A DNA stretch of 64,000 bases from an uncultured Gammaproteobacteria bacterium (GTDB lineage Bacteria > Patescibacteriota > Microgenomatia > UBA8517): the NCBI GenBank assembly GCA_965231135.1, contig OZ246419.1, positions 513,488-577,487 of the forward strand, written 5' to 3'. Made by a program: the position numbers and the translations under genes. Positions 27,634 to 37,633 of the stretch are shown piece after piece. A model generated the notes under the pieces. That model was given only the letters and a program-made list of their open reading frames with translations. It searched no databases and was not told the DNA's origin. Each line of letters opens with the position of its first letter. Positions within the stretch are counted from its first letter, which is position 1.

Positions 27634-28505
27634 TTTTTAATAAACTCAATCGCCTCATCAACCATAATGTCTTGATGTGGTGCAAAAGAATGAACAGCGC
27701 CGTCGATTATCTTTCCAGTTGAATTTGGGATATTTTTTAAAAGAATATCCATTGCTTCTTTTGGGTGCTCGGGGTTTGTTGGGTAAAAATATTCGTCTTT
27801 GGATCCGACAATAATTTTTGTGGGTACATTTATCTTTTTTAATACCGGGAAATCATAATTTTTGTTTGAGAACTCAAACATTCTACCAAACTCATCTTGA
27901 CTGTACCAGCTGACATAAGTTTTATATGAAAGAACTATACTGTCAAATTCATCGGTAACCATTTCTTCACCTCTTCCACTGTCAACCATTTTTTGTGCGC
28001 TTTTAAGAGTTTCTTCAAGAGGCTTCTTCGTGTAAATTTCTAATCCAGCTTTTTTGTCAAAAGGTGCTAGCAGTATAAGTTTTTTAATTGAATCTTTGTT
28101 TCTTCCCGTAAGCAAATATCTAACAACCTTATAGGTTCCCAGTGAATGACCTGATAGAATTATGTCTTTGTAACCTTTTTCTAAGAGAAATCTTACCCAA
28201 GCACCAATATCTATATGGCAATCTTCAATAAGTTCATATCTTGCTCCGATTGTCGTTATCTTCTCATCAGTAGTATTAAAGTCTTTTATTTTCTCACTAC
28301 CTCTTGTATTTACTGTAAGAAAAGATAGATTTTCGGCTTTTGATCTCTCTGCTAGAAGTTGCACGAATTTATTTTCATAAAAGTTTCCCTCAAAACCATG
28401 AATATGTAGTATGGCTTTACTACCTTTTCCCGAAACAAAATAACCTTGAAGATAAATATTATCTGAAGTGGCAACTTGCACCAGTGAGGGACTAGATATT
28501 TTCAT
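27630..28505 (-). CDS. alpha/beta-fold hydrolase (esterase/lipase)
   Basis: HGFEGNF oxyanion region and GHSLG nucleophile elbow. Confidence 0.65.
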   Translation of the reverse strand: MKISSPSLVQVATSDNIYLQGYFVSGKGSKAILHIHGFEGNFYENKFVQLLAERSKAENLSFLTVNTRGSEKIKDFNTTDEKITTIGARYELIEDCHIDIGAWVRFLLEKGYKDIILSGHSLGTYKVVRYLLTGRNKDSIKKLILLAPFDKKAGLEIYTKKPLEETLKSAQKMVDSGRGEEMVTDEFDSIVLSYKTYVSWYSQDEFGRMFEFSNKNYDFPVLKKINVPTKIIVGSKDEYFYPTNPEHPKEAMDILLKNIPNSTGKIIDGAVHSFAPHQDIMVDEAIEFIKK

Positions 28506-28566
28506 CTGCGTGTATTATAGCCTATTATGAAATCAAGCAAAAGCATAGCTCTTCTGTCCGAACACT

Positions 28567-28595
28567 TTGAACAATTTACTCATTTCACTTATAAT
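28567..28595 (+). promoter_or_regulatory. consensus sigma70 promoter upstream of obg
   Basis: TTGAAC, 17-nt spacer, TATAAT, about 33 nt upstream of the obg start codon. Confidence 0.45.
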
Positions 28596-28628
28596 TTGTT
28601 CTAACTGAAGATCGTTAAGAACCCCAAT

Positions 28629-29576
28629 ATGTTAGTAGATATTATTGAAGTTGTTTTTAAAGGTGGACATGGAGGGCGCGGGATTGTTTCATTTGGAAAA
28701 ATGGCAAGAAGCGGACCTGACGGGGGAAATGGAGGCCGGGGAGGAGATTTGTTTGTTCGGGCAACTTCAGATATAACATTACTCAACCAATTTAATTCTG
28801 AAAATTTTGCTGCGGCAGAAAATGGGCAACCAGGCGGACGAAATAAAACAAGTGGAAAAGATGGAAAAGATTTAGAAGTTTTATTGCCTGTTGGTACCAG
28901 CCTGATTGATAAAAAATCTGGATTAACAATTTTGGAGTTAAAACAAATCGACCAGAGGGAACTTGTTTGCAGGGGAGGACTTGGCGGGAAAGGAAACTGG
29001 GAATTTAGAGGGCCAAAAAATATTACTCCAATGTATGCGCAATCAGGATTTGCTGGAGATAAAAAAGATTTGATATTGTCGCTACGTTTAATTGCAGATT
29101 ATGGCTTTATTGGGCTTCCAAATGCTGGAAAAACAAGTTTACTTAATGAATTAACTAATTCAAAAGCAAAAACTGCAAATTATGCCTTTACTACTTTGAC
29201 TCCGAATATTGGAGTATATAACGGTAAATATTTAGCCGATATTCCAGGTCTTATTGAAGGAGCATCGAACGGAAAAGGGCTGGGGATAAAATTTTTAAAA
29301 CACATTGAAAAGGTTGATGTGCTTTTGCATTGTATTGCTTCAGATTCTCCCAACCCTGAAAAGGATTACGAAACAGTTAGAGGAGAATTAAAAGCATATA
29401 ACAGCGAATTGTTAAATAAAAAAGAGATAATTTTATTAACCAAATCAGACATGGTTGAAGACAAAAAAACCTTAAAAGAATTAATAAATAGAATGAAGCT
29501 TCTTAATAAAAAAGTAATGCCTATTTCTATTCATGACTTTGAAAGTATTGAAAAATTGAAAAAAATTTTAAAGTGA
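28629..29576 (+). CDS. obg: GTPase Obg/CgtA
   Basis: Gly-rich Obg fold (GGHGGRG, DGGNGGRGG) followed by G1-G4 motifs (GLPNAGKTSLL, DIPG, TKSD). Confidence 0.85.
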   Translation: MLVDIIEVVFKGGHGGRGIVSFGKMARSGPDGGNGGRGGDLFVRATSDITLLNQFNSENFAAAENGQPGGRNKTSGKDGKDLEVLLPVGTSLIDKKSGLTILELKQIDQRELVCRGGLGGKGNWEFRGPKNITPMYAQSGFAGDKKDLILSLRLIADYGFIGLPNAGKTSLLNELTNSKAKTANYAFTTLTPNIGVYNGKYLADIPGLIEGASNGKGLGIKFLKHIEKVDVLLHCIASDSPNPEKDYETVRGELKAYNSELLNKKEIILLTKSDMVEDKKTLKELINRMKLLNKKVMPISIHDFESIEKLKKILK

Positions 29577-29948
29577 AGTATCTGATTTCTTTTTGTTTTC
29601 TTCACCTGGTTTAATTCCTTGTTCGTGAGCGACATCGTCTTTGGTTATTTCATCTCCAATAGGAGTTTGTTCATCGTCGTCACCAAAAGCCTCTTCATGC
29701 AACTTTTCTTCGTTTGTTACACCTTCTATATCATTATCTGCTTCTTCATCTGGTGTTAAATTTTCTTTTGGGTCTGCAAGTTCGCTTGGGTCATGGGTAA
29801 TTCGAGTTAAATCGTCGCTTTGATAATCATCATTTTGTGCCATGAATAGAGTATAATTTGTGCAATGAATAAATACAAGGTCATCAATTCTCTTTATAAA
29901 ACTTTTTTTAAGCCAGCAGCTTTTTTGATGGATGCAGAAACTGTCCAT
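29568..29948 (-). CDS. acidic hypothetical protein
   Basis: 126 aa, D/E-rich. Confidence 0.3.
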   Translation of the reverse strand: MDSFCIHQKSCWLKKSFIKRIDDLVFIHCTNYTLFMAQNDDYQSDDLTRITHDPSELADPKENLTPDEEADNDIEGVTNEEKLHEEAFGDDDEQTPIGDEITKDDVAHEQGIKPGEENKKKSDTSL

Positions 29949-30902
29949 GACCAGATGACAAGAACAGGGGAATTTTTGGAAAATTATCCAAAACTAGTCG
30001 AATATTTTTTTAGTTACAAAAACAAGAATTTAGAGAAAGAAATATTGGGAATAAAATTTGATAATCCAATTGGGCTTTCGGCCGGTTTTGATTATGATGG
30101 ACATTTGGCACAAATTATGAAAAATGTTGGGTTTGGGTTTAATACTGTTGGTACTGTAACTTATGACTCTTATCAGGGAAATAAAAAACCAAGACTAGCA
30201 AGGCTGCCAAAGTCAAAGTCGCTTTTAGTTAATAAAGGTTTTAAATCAGAAGGAGCAAAAGCTATTGCCAAAAGATTGAATAAGAAAAAACTTGAGGGAC
30301 ATGTTATTGGAATTAGTATTGGAGACCGGCAGGGAAATATTAAAAATATAATTAAAGTCTTTGAAATATTTAAAGACAAAAATTATGCAAAATATTTTGA
30401 ATTAAATATTAGCTGCCCAAATATTCCAGCAACTGATGCTTTTAGCAGCAACCCTGAAAGGTTTGAAAATTTGGTTAAGAAAATAAAAAGTTTGAAAGTT
30501 AATCAGCCAATATTTTTAAAAATGCCAAATGAAATTGATATTAAAAAATCGGACAAATTAGTTTTTATTGCCAAAAAATATGGAATACAGGGATTCATAT
30601 TTTCTAATTTGGTAAAAGACCGCAATAATCCAGCTTTTGATAAAAAAGAGATAAAACGCTTTGAAAATAAAAAGGGGAATTTTAGTGGCAAACCAACGTT
30701 TGAAAATTCAAATAAATTAATAAAACATACAAGAAAAAAATTTGGCAACAAAATAATTATTATTGGAACTGGAGGGATTTTTGATGCGCACGATGCCAAA
30801 ATGAAATTAAACGCAGGAGCTGATTTAGTGCAATTAATTACTGGAATGATTTATGAAGGACCACAGATTGCTGGAAGTATTAATAGTGAATTGTCTTCTT
30901 GA
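29865..30902 (+). CDS. pyrD: dihydroorotate dehydrogenase (quinone-type, class 2)
   Basis: GLSAGFDYDG, NTVGTVT, ELNISCPN and IIGTGGI motifs. Confidence 0.8.
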   Translation: MNKYKVINSLYKTFFKPAAFLMDAETVHDQMTRTGEFLENYPKLVEYFFSYKNKNLEKEILGIKFDNPIGLSAGFDYDGHLAQIMKNVGFGFNTVGTVTYDSYQGNKKPRLARLPKSKSLLVNKGFKSEGAKAIAKRLNKKKLEGHVIGISIGDRQGNIKNIIKVFEIFKDKNYAKYFELNISCPNIPATDAFSSNPERFENLVKKIKSLKVNQPIFLKMPNEIDIKKSDKLVFIAKKYGIQGFIFSNLVKDRNNPAFDKKEIKRFENKKGNFSGKPTFENSNKLIKHTRKKFGNKIIIIGTGGIFDAHDAKMKLNAGADLVQLITGMIYEGPQIAGSINSELSS

Positions 30903-30972
30903 GCGGGTAGGGAGAATCGAACTCCCACAGACAGATTGGAAATCTGTCGTTCTACCATTAAACCATACCCGC
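30902..30972 (-). tRNA. tRNA-Gly(TCC)
   Basis: Cloverleaf GCGGGTA...ACAGA-TTTCCAA-TCTGT...GGGAG-TTCGATT-CTCCC...TACCCGC. Confidence 0.85.
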
Positions 30973-31173
30973 TAATATTACGAATAAAGTTTAATGTGCA
31001 AGCTGTGCTTACCATTAAACCATACCCGCACGTTGTAACACGAAGCGCTATTTCATCCCGATTGTATCGGGATTTGTCGCTAATCGGTTACTCCTTCTCG
31101 AATTGCAAGCAATTCGCAAAAGATAACACAATTATAGCAGATTGAATGTAAAATGGGGTATAATAGGATCTCA

Positions 31174-31249
31174 CGGGGTGTGGCTCAGTTGGTAGAGCGC
31201 CGCGTTTGGGACGCGGAGGCCATCGGTTCGAACCCGGTCACCCCGACCA
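31174..31249 (+). tRNA. tRNA-Pro(TGG), CCA encoded
   Basis: CGGGGTG acceptor. Anticodon arm CCGCG-TTTGGGA-CGCGG. T-loop TTCGAAC. 3' CCA. Confidence 0.85.
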
Positions 31250-31284
31250 AGAAATTTTAACTTTTGCAAGAGTAATACGTTTTT

Positions 31285-33465
31285 ATGACAAAAAAACCAA
31301 CTTTAGTGTTTTTATCGACCTACCCACCAAGGAAGTGCGGGATAGCTACATTTACTCAGGACCTTGTGCATTCTATTGAAAAACTTACAGGTCCTACCGT
31401 CGAATGCAAAATTGCTGCTTTAAATCTTTCAGAATCAGATGCATATGAATATCCAAAGGAAGTTTACTGGCAACTTATTCAAACTCAAAAGGAAGATTTT
31501 AGTGAATTTGCAGAAACAATAAACAATGATGATTCGGTTAGCGCAGTAGTTATTCAACACGAATATGGAATTTACGGCGGAGAATTTGGAGATAATCTTC
31601 TAGCTTTTACCTCTAAATGCAAAAAGCCAATTTCAATTACATTTCATACTGTAATTCCTGACCCTCCTTATAAAATGCAGAACGTAACAAGCGAATTAAT
31701 AGATCATGCAACTAGAATTGTAGTTTTAACTGAAACTTCAAGGCAAATTATTGAATCGATTTACCAAAATGCGATTGGAAAAGTTGTTATTATTCCTCAC
31801 GGAATTCATCCTGTAAGTTTTTCAGCTCCAGGGCATTTTAAAAATAAGTTAATGTATACAAACAAAACTTTACTTACAACCTTTGGATTACTTAGCAGAA
31901 GTAAAGGAATTGAATATGTGATTAAAGCTATGCCGAAAGTAGTTAAACAATTTCCTGATGTAGTTTATCTTATTTTAGGTGAAACACATCCAGTTGTTAG
32001 ACTTCAGGAAGGAGAAAGTTATAGAAACGAACTTTATGAACTCGTGGATAAACTTCATTTAAAAAAACACGTAAAGTTTTATGACAAATATTTTTCTGTC
32101 GATGATTTGTTAACTTTTCTTAAAGCGACTGATATTTACATTTCGACTTCATTAGCTCCAAACCAAGCTGTAAGTGGTACTTTTTCATATGCACTCGGGA
32201 CAGGAAGGGCAGTTGTTAGCACTGATTTTGCTCAGGCTAAAGAATATTTACACAAAGATCTGGGAGAAATTGTTCCAATGAAAAATCCACAAGCTTATGC
32301 TGATGCAATAATTAAACTTCTTTCCCAAAAAAAGAAACTTTACACAATTCATCGAAGGGCTTATAACGCCACTCGTAATATGGTTTGGAGCAATGTTGCC
32401 CTTGAATATTTAAAAAATTTAGATGTCAGTATTATTCCGGAAATTAATTTAAAACATTTGATTGATATGACAGATGATTTTGGAATGTTTCAGTTTGCAA
32501 AAGGAAAAGAAGCGGACAGCGAGTTTGGATATACGCTTGATGATAATGCAAGAGCTGCTGTTGCCTGCAGTTTATTAATCAAAAAAGGACAAAAAAGAAT
32601 TGTTACCAAAGAATTAGCAAAATATATTAAATTTATTGAGCACTGTATAGAAGGCGATAAACTTTTAAATTATATTGATTATCCAGAACATATGGCGACA
32701 GAACAAAATAATCTGGAGGATTTGCAAGATACTTATGCAAGGACTTTGTGGGCCCTTAGCGAAGTAATTACTAACGAAAAAATTCCAGCAAACATCAGGC
32801 GCGATGCAAATAAAATTTGGAAAAAAATAAGCTTAAAGGCAATTGATGTGACACATTTAAGGAGCCGGGCGTTTACGATAAAAGCATTATGTAATATTGT
32901 AAACGGAAATAAAAATCATCCGTTTACAGAAATTATTAAAAAACATGCAGAACACATGGTCAATGCTTTTTATGATAAAACAAGCGAACATTGGCATTGG
33001 TTTGAGCACGAATTGACATATTCTAATGCAATAATTCCTGAAAGTTTATTGCTTGCCGGATGTTTGCTTGATAATCGAGAGTTTCTGGAAGTGGGCGAGA
33101 AAGCGCTTGGGTTTTTGATTAAGCATACTTTTATAAATGATCTGTATTTTCCAATTGGGCAAAACGGATGGTTTAAAAAAAGAAAGGCTAGAGCCCATTT
33201 TGACCAGCAGCCAGAAGACCCCGCCAGCATGGTGCTTGCCCTTACAACAGCTTGGAGATGTTTAAAAGACCCTAAATATTCACATCTTGCCTTTCAATGT
33301 TTCAGTTGGTTTTTGGGAAATAATATGCTCGGGTATAGCATGTATGACTACACCGATGGCAGCTCGTTTGATGCCATTACTCCTTCAGGAGTTAATCATA
33401 ATCAGGGAGCAGAATCACTTTTGTCTTATTTGCTTGCAAGATTAAAAATTGAAGAAATTGTGTAG
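31285..33465 (+). CDS. GT4-family glycosyltransferase fused to a C-terminal about 330-aa alpha-helical domain (possible (alpha/alpha)6 glycoside-hydrolase-like)
   Basis: N-terminal GT-B fold (STYPPRKCGIATF...). C-terminal region has WHWFEHELTYSNA and NQGAES patterns. Confidence 0.5.
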   Translation: MTKKPTLVFLSTYPPRKCGIATFTQDLVHSIEKLTGPTVECKIAALNLSESDAYEYPKEVYWQLIQTQKEDFSEFAETINNDDSVSAVVIQHEYGIYGGEFGDNLLAFTSKCKKPISITFHTVIPDPPYKMQNVTSELIDHATRIVVLTETSRQIIESIYQNAIGKVVIIPHGIHPVSFSAPGHFKNKLMYTNKTLLTTFGLLSRSKGIEYVIKAMPKVVKQFPDVVYLILGETHPVVRLQEGESYRNELYELVDKLHLKKHVKFYDKYFSVDDLLTFLKATDIYISTSLAPNQAVSGTFSYALGTGRAVVSTDFAQAKEYLHKDLGEIVPMKNPQAYADAIIKLLSQKKKLYTIHRRAYNATRNMVWSNVALEYLKNLDVSIIPEINLKHLIDMTDDFGMFQFAKGKEADSEFGYTLDDNARAAVACSLLIKKGQKRIVTKELAKYIKFIEHCIEGDKLLNYIDYPEHMATEQNNLEDLQDTYARTLWALSEVITNEKIPANIRRDANKIWKKISLKAIDVTHLRSRAFTIKALCNIVNGNKNHPFTEIIKKHAEHMVNAFYDKTSEHWHWFEHELTYSNAIIPESLLLAGCLLDNREFLEVGEKALGFLIKHTFINDLYFPIGQNGWFKKRKARAHFDQQPEDPASMVLALTTAWRCLKDPKYSHLAFQCFSWFLGNNMLGYSMYDYTDGSSFDAITPSGVNHNQGAESLLSYLLARLKIEEIV

Positions 33466-33552
33466 TGCGGAAGACGATTCTTATTTTGAACCATTTCTTC
33501 CTCTTCTTTCGCATTTTACCAGGCTAATGGAAACCTATCAATCTATGGACAA

Positions 33553-34395
33553 TTGATTATTATGTACACCATTGATACAATTAGACACATTAATATGTCA
33601 GATAGATCTAAAGAACAAGCTGAAAGTGTTTGGAGGATATTAGGTTCTGATCCTCGATGGGCCAATAATGACTGGTTAACTCCTATTGGACAAGAAGCAG
33701 AAGCTATATTTGCAGGCGTAGATCCAAAAACAAAAATAGAAGTAGCATGTGCTGTGCATAAAAATCTTGATACAGGTGCGACTGACATTCCATGGACTAC
33801 TGTATTTCCCTCTGATGATATCGATGATGTTTGTCAACGGTTATTACTAACCCTTAAAACGCCAGATTATCAAACTCCGGCATATGATCCAGAAATGAGT
33901 GAACTTACTGCTCAAATCCATGACCTTCTAAGAAAGCATAATGCTATTGAAGGTTTTGGCACTAGACAGCAAGCTTCATACCATCTTGTTCAAGTTGCTG
34001 CGGGGAAACCTGAAGAATTATTTAGGACCTTCACTGATTATTCTCGAAGATATCCTCAGTACGTTGAAAATTGGGTTGAAGACCTAACAAAGTTTTATGG
34101 CCTCCAAGCAGTTGATAAAGCCGAAAAGGATCATCCAGAATTATTTCTATTACTTGCGCAAACCCGATACGAATCCTTTTTATCGTACCATCCATCTCAA
34201 GAACAAATTGATTTTAATAAATACATAGTCGATCAACTAGCAAAGTTGTCCGAAGGTGATTTTGAAAAACTGCTTGAGGAGAACGAAGCCCGTTTAGATC
34301 CATATGCAAAAGCCTCTTATGCACTTCGAGGTTTAACGTATGACAGACATTTTCAAAGGCAAATGAGAAGTGGCGGATCCTGTAAGCTCCAGTAA
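33553..34395 (+). CDS. hypothetical protein (compositionally atypical)
   Basis: 280 aa. Higher GC and different codon preference than flanking genes. Confidence 0.4.
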   Translation: MIIMYTIDTIRHINMSDRSKEQAESVWRILGSDPRWANNDWLTPIGQEAEAIFAGVDPKTKIEVACAVHKNLDTGATDIPWTTVFPSDDIDDVCQRLLLTLKTPDYQTPAYDPEMSELTAQIHDLLRKHNAIEGFGTRQQASYHLVQVAAGKPEELFRTFTDYSRRYPQYVENWVEDLTKFYGLQAVDKAEKDHPELFLLLAQTRYESFLSYHPSQEQIDFNKYIVDQLAKLSEGDFEKLLEENEARLDPYAKASYALRGLTYDRHFQRQMRSGGSCKLQ

Positions 34396-34555
34396 CTTTC
34401 ACTCGATTTTTTGTAAACAAGGTGGTTCAAGTCTTGTCTTTTCGTTACAAATTTTAAGGCTAGGTTATAAAGAGGGGTTTGAGCTAAACAAAATAAAATT
34501 TAGCTCGATATATCAAGCTATTATTGACTTTAGGGAACCTAGCGTCTCCTCTAGT

Positions 34556-34639
34556 GCCGAGAGAGGGACTCGAACCCTCACGAATTATGCATTCGCGGGC
34601 TCTTAAGGCCCGTGTGTCTGCCATTCCACCACCTCGGCG
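34556..34639 (-). tRNA. tRNA-Leu(TAA), type II
   Basis: Anticodon arm CGGGC-CTTAAGA-GCCCG. Long variable arm. T-loop TTCGAGT. Confidence 0.8.
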
Positions 34640-34677
34640 AATAGCTATATTTTAACATTCTGATAAAATAACGCAAA

Positions 34678-35139
34678 ATGCCAGTAGTATCTGAAAGAAT
34701 CGTGCAAGTTGAACGAGTGATAAATGATCTTCGTGTCACACAGAGAACTTTTGGTATGGTTCGTCGTGAACTCAATCTTGAATTGCCTGATAAACCAGAA
34801 ATGGATGAGGAAAGTAAAATTAGATATGAAGAATTTTTATACCGAGTAAGGGGATATTTAAAGATTATAAATAATGAGGATTTGCCATTATACATAGAAA
34901 GAGGTTATGTACTTTCTGTTGATTTGCCCGAGAAAATATGTATGTCAAAACCAGCAACCTATAAACACTTAGGTTTATTGTATCCTGACTGGAAAGATAA
35001 ATTTCTGAAAGTAATAATTCAAGATTCTCATCGCACTTACTTAATACCTCCATATGTTGTTCAAACATTAATAAGATATGAATCGTCAAATCTTGATCAA
35101 AGACGTACAATGATTACATTACTTCGTAATAGCTTTTAA
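34678..35139 (+). CDS. hypothetical protein
   Basis: 153 aa. Confidence 0.35.
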   Translation: MPVVSERIVQVERVINDLRVTQRTFGMVRRELNLELPDKPEMDEESKIRYEEFLYRVRGYLKIINNEDLPLYIERGYVLSVDLPEKICMSKPATYKHLGLLYPDWKDKFLKVIIQDSHRTYLIPPYVVQTLIRYESSNLDQRRTMITLLRNSF

Positions 35140-36795
35140 AAATCCAATGAAGACTGGGTGGGGAGTGAGAGGACGGCTAATATATTCAGGATGATATTGG
35201 GTACCGACAAAAAAGGGGTGGTCTTTTAATTCGATTGCCTCTACCAATTTCCCGTCTGGAGAAGTGCCAGAAATTATAAAGCCAGCTTTTTCAAAATCAG
35301 TTTTATATTCATTATTAAATTCATATCTGTGGCGATGTCTTTCATAAATAACCCTTTTTGCTTTTTTACCTTCCCGGTCAAACGTCCATGGCGAAATTGG
35401 ATTGTCGTCATAGTTTTTATATAGTTTTGAAAGTATTGTTTTTTCCTTTAAAACACATGGCCATGCCCCAAGGCGAATAGTGCCACCATATTGGTGTTTG
35501 TCTAAATATGCCTGTTGATCTTTCATTACGTGAATTACCGGGTGCAATGTTTTTGGATTTGCCTCTGTTGTGTTCGCATCGTTATATTTAAGAACGTTTC
35601 TTGCAAATTCTATCGTTGCCATTTGCATACCAAAGCATAGTCCTAAGTAAGGAATTTTATTTTCCCTTGCAAACTTTGCAGCATCAATTTTCCCTTGCGT
35701 CCCACGGCTTCCCCAGCCTTGGGGAACGATGATTCCTTCAAAATCTTTTAAAATTTTGTCACCCTTCTTTTCTATTTCTTCACTATCTATCCAGGTTAGT
35801 TCCGGTGTAACTCCGAGAAACCATGAAGCGTGGCGAATTGATTCAACTACTGAAACATATGAATCTACTAATTTATAATCACCTGTAGCAAAATATTTAC
35901 CCACAACCGCAATTTTTACTTTTTTGGGCCAGACTTTAAGTGCTCTTTTTGTCATTGTCTGCCAATTCTTTAAATCTTTATGTTTTTTGTTTTTAAGCCC
36001 CAGTAAAGTAATGCAAGTCGATGCTAAATGGTGATTTTGTTGATGAAAAAGAAGAGGGACTTGGTAAATTGTATTCAGATTTGGCGAAGAAAAAATCTGA
36101 GTGGGCTCAATGTTACAAAACAATGCCAGGCGGTCGAGGCGGCGCTGGTCAATTTTGTTTTCGCTTCTTGCAATTATTATATCTGGCTGAATTCCCATAC
36201 CGTTTAAAATGTGGACTGACGTTTGCGCTGGCTTACTTTTTAGCTCACCGATATTTGCTAAATAAGGAATGTAGGTAACATGAACATGGATAACATCATG
36301 TGGATTTTTTAATTTCAAAATACGCGAAGCTTCATAGAAAATTCCGTTTTGGTATTCGCCGACTGTCCCGCCTAATTCAATTAACGTAATGTCTGCTTTA
36401 TGATTTTCGCCAGCTAATTTAATACGCCTTATTATTTCATCGGTTACATGAGGGATTGCCTCGACATCCTCACCGTCATAACCAAAGGCACGCTCGCGTT
36501 CTATGACTTCTTTGTAAATTTGACCAGTTGTGATGTAATTGCTGCGATTTAAATTTTCATGAAGAAATCTTTCGTAATGGCCCAAATCTTCATCTGTTTC
36601 TATTCCATCATGGGTTACAAAAACTTCGCCGTGCTCTTGTGGGCGAATTGTCCCAGCGTCCACATTTAAATACATATCTATTTTTACAGGTGTTACTTTG
36701 AAGCCGCGAGATTTCAGAAGAAAACTTAAAGAGGCTGCGACAATGCCTTTTCCAAGGCCTGACACCACGCCACCACTGACGAAGATATATTTCAC
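35119..36795 (-). CDS. pyrG: CTP synthase
   Basis: N-terminal VSGGVVSGLGKGI synthetase motif and C-terminal glutamine amidotransferase region (GLCFGMQ). Confidence 0.9.
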   Translation of the reverse strand: MKYIFVSGGVVSGLGKGIVAASLSFLLKSRGFKVTPVKIDMYLNVDAGTIRPQEHGEVFVTHDGIETDEDLGHYERFLHENLNRSNYITTGQIYKEVIERERAFGYDGEDVEAIPHVTDEIIRRIKLAGENHKADITLIELGGTVGEYQNGIFYEASRILKLKNPHDVIHVHVTYIPYLANIGELKSKPAQTSVHILNGMGIQPDIIIARSENKIDQRRLDRLALFCNIEPTQIFSSPNLNTIYQVPLLFHQQNHHLASTCITLLGLKNKKHKDLKNWQTMTKRALKVWPKKVKIAVVGKYFATGDYKLVDSYVSVVESIRHASWFLGVTPELTWIDSEEIEKKGDKILKDFEGIIVPQGWGSRGTQGKIDAAKFARENKIPYLGLCFGMQMATIEFARNVLKYNDANTTEANPKTLHPVIHVMKDQQAYLDKHQYGGTIRLGAWPCVLKEKTILSKLYKNYDDNPISPWTFDREGKKAKRVIYERHRHRYEFNNEYKTDFEKAGFIISGTSPDGKLVEAIELKDHPFFVGTQYHPEYISRPLTPHPVFIGFLKAITK

Positions 36796-36844
36796 TTACA
36801 TAATTAAAATATTACTAAAGGATGAGGTATGTCAAGAAGGGGAA

Positions 36845-37072
36845 TCAGCGAGTAAGGGCTCTAGAAACACGGACAAGAACTGAATCTTTATAAGCAGTAC
36901 AAGATAAAAGTCTTTTAAGTTTTTGTTCACGTCTTTGTTGTTTTGCATGCCTTACAGTTGTATTTTCAATCAAATAAGATAGATGTTCTATTTCTAAAAG
37001 AACACGCTCTCTTTTTTTTGTAAATTTATCTGTTAATAAACCAAATTCGTCTATTTCTTTTCCAAATTCCAT
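36845..37072 (-). CDS. hypothetical protein
   Basis: 75 aa, basic. Confidence 0.3.
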   Translation of the reverse strand: MEFGKEIDEFGLLTDKFTKKRERVLLEIEHLSYLIENTTVRHAKQQRREQKLKRLLSCTAYKDSVLVRVSRALTR

Positions 37073-37082
37073 TGTTGATATT

Positions 37083-37529
37083 TTAATCTAGAAGAAAGTT
37101 ATTTTCAAATCTTTGAAATCCACATTTCTCAAGTACACGCCAGCTTGCAGGGTTCGTTACCCCTGAAGCTGTGATTTGTGTAACTTTAAATTTGTCTTTA
37201 GCTGTTTTTATAATTTGATGAACAGCTTCTGTAGCAATTCCTTTATTCCATAATTCTTTAGCCCCTATCACATAACTAATTTCGACAGAGTGGTGGTCGT
37301 TATCAAAATCTCTTAAACCAACATGACCAATATTCCTTCCTTTGTGGAAGATTGAACAATAATAAAATGAATTATTTTGTAAACTATCAAGCCACAGACT
37401 AATTTCTGCTTCGGTTCTTGGAGTTGTTGAGTAAAGATATTTTCTAACTTCTTCATCATTAAACCACAGTAGATAATCAGGTAGCGCCTTTTGAGTAATT
37501 GGTTCAATTTTTATCTCTACCATGTGCAC
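37083..37529 (-). CDS. GNAT-family N-acetyltransferase
   Basis: IGHVGL...SYVIGAKELWNKGIATEA acetyl-CoA-binding motif region. Confidence 0.6.
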   Translation of the reverse strand: MHMVEIKIEPITQKALPDYLLWFNDEEVRKYLYSTTPRTEAEISLWLDSLQNNSFYYCSIFHKGRNIGHVGLRDFDNDHHSVEISYVIGAKELWNKGIATEAVHQIIKTAKDKFKVTQITASGVTNPASWRVLEKCGFQRFENNFLLD

Positions 37530-37596
37530 CTGGGGGGAATCGAACCCTCATCACTTGTTCCGAAGACAAGTACTCTATCCGTTGAGCTACAGGTGC
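37525..37596 (-). tRNA. tRNA-Arg(TCG)
   Basis: Anticodon arm CTTGT-CTTCGGA-ACAAG. T-loop TTCGATT. Confidence 0.8.
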
Positions 37597-37633
37597 TTAG
37601 GCATAATTATATCAAATTCTGTATAATTCACGT

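Noticed and set aside
30936-31145. 69-aa ORF with repeated TIKPYP peptide
   Set aside because: It is created by the duplicated tRNA-Gly 5' segment and overlaps the tRNA. It is a translation artefact of an RNA-gene repeat.
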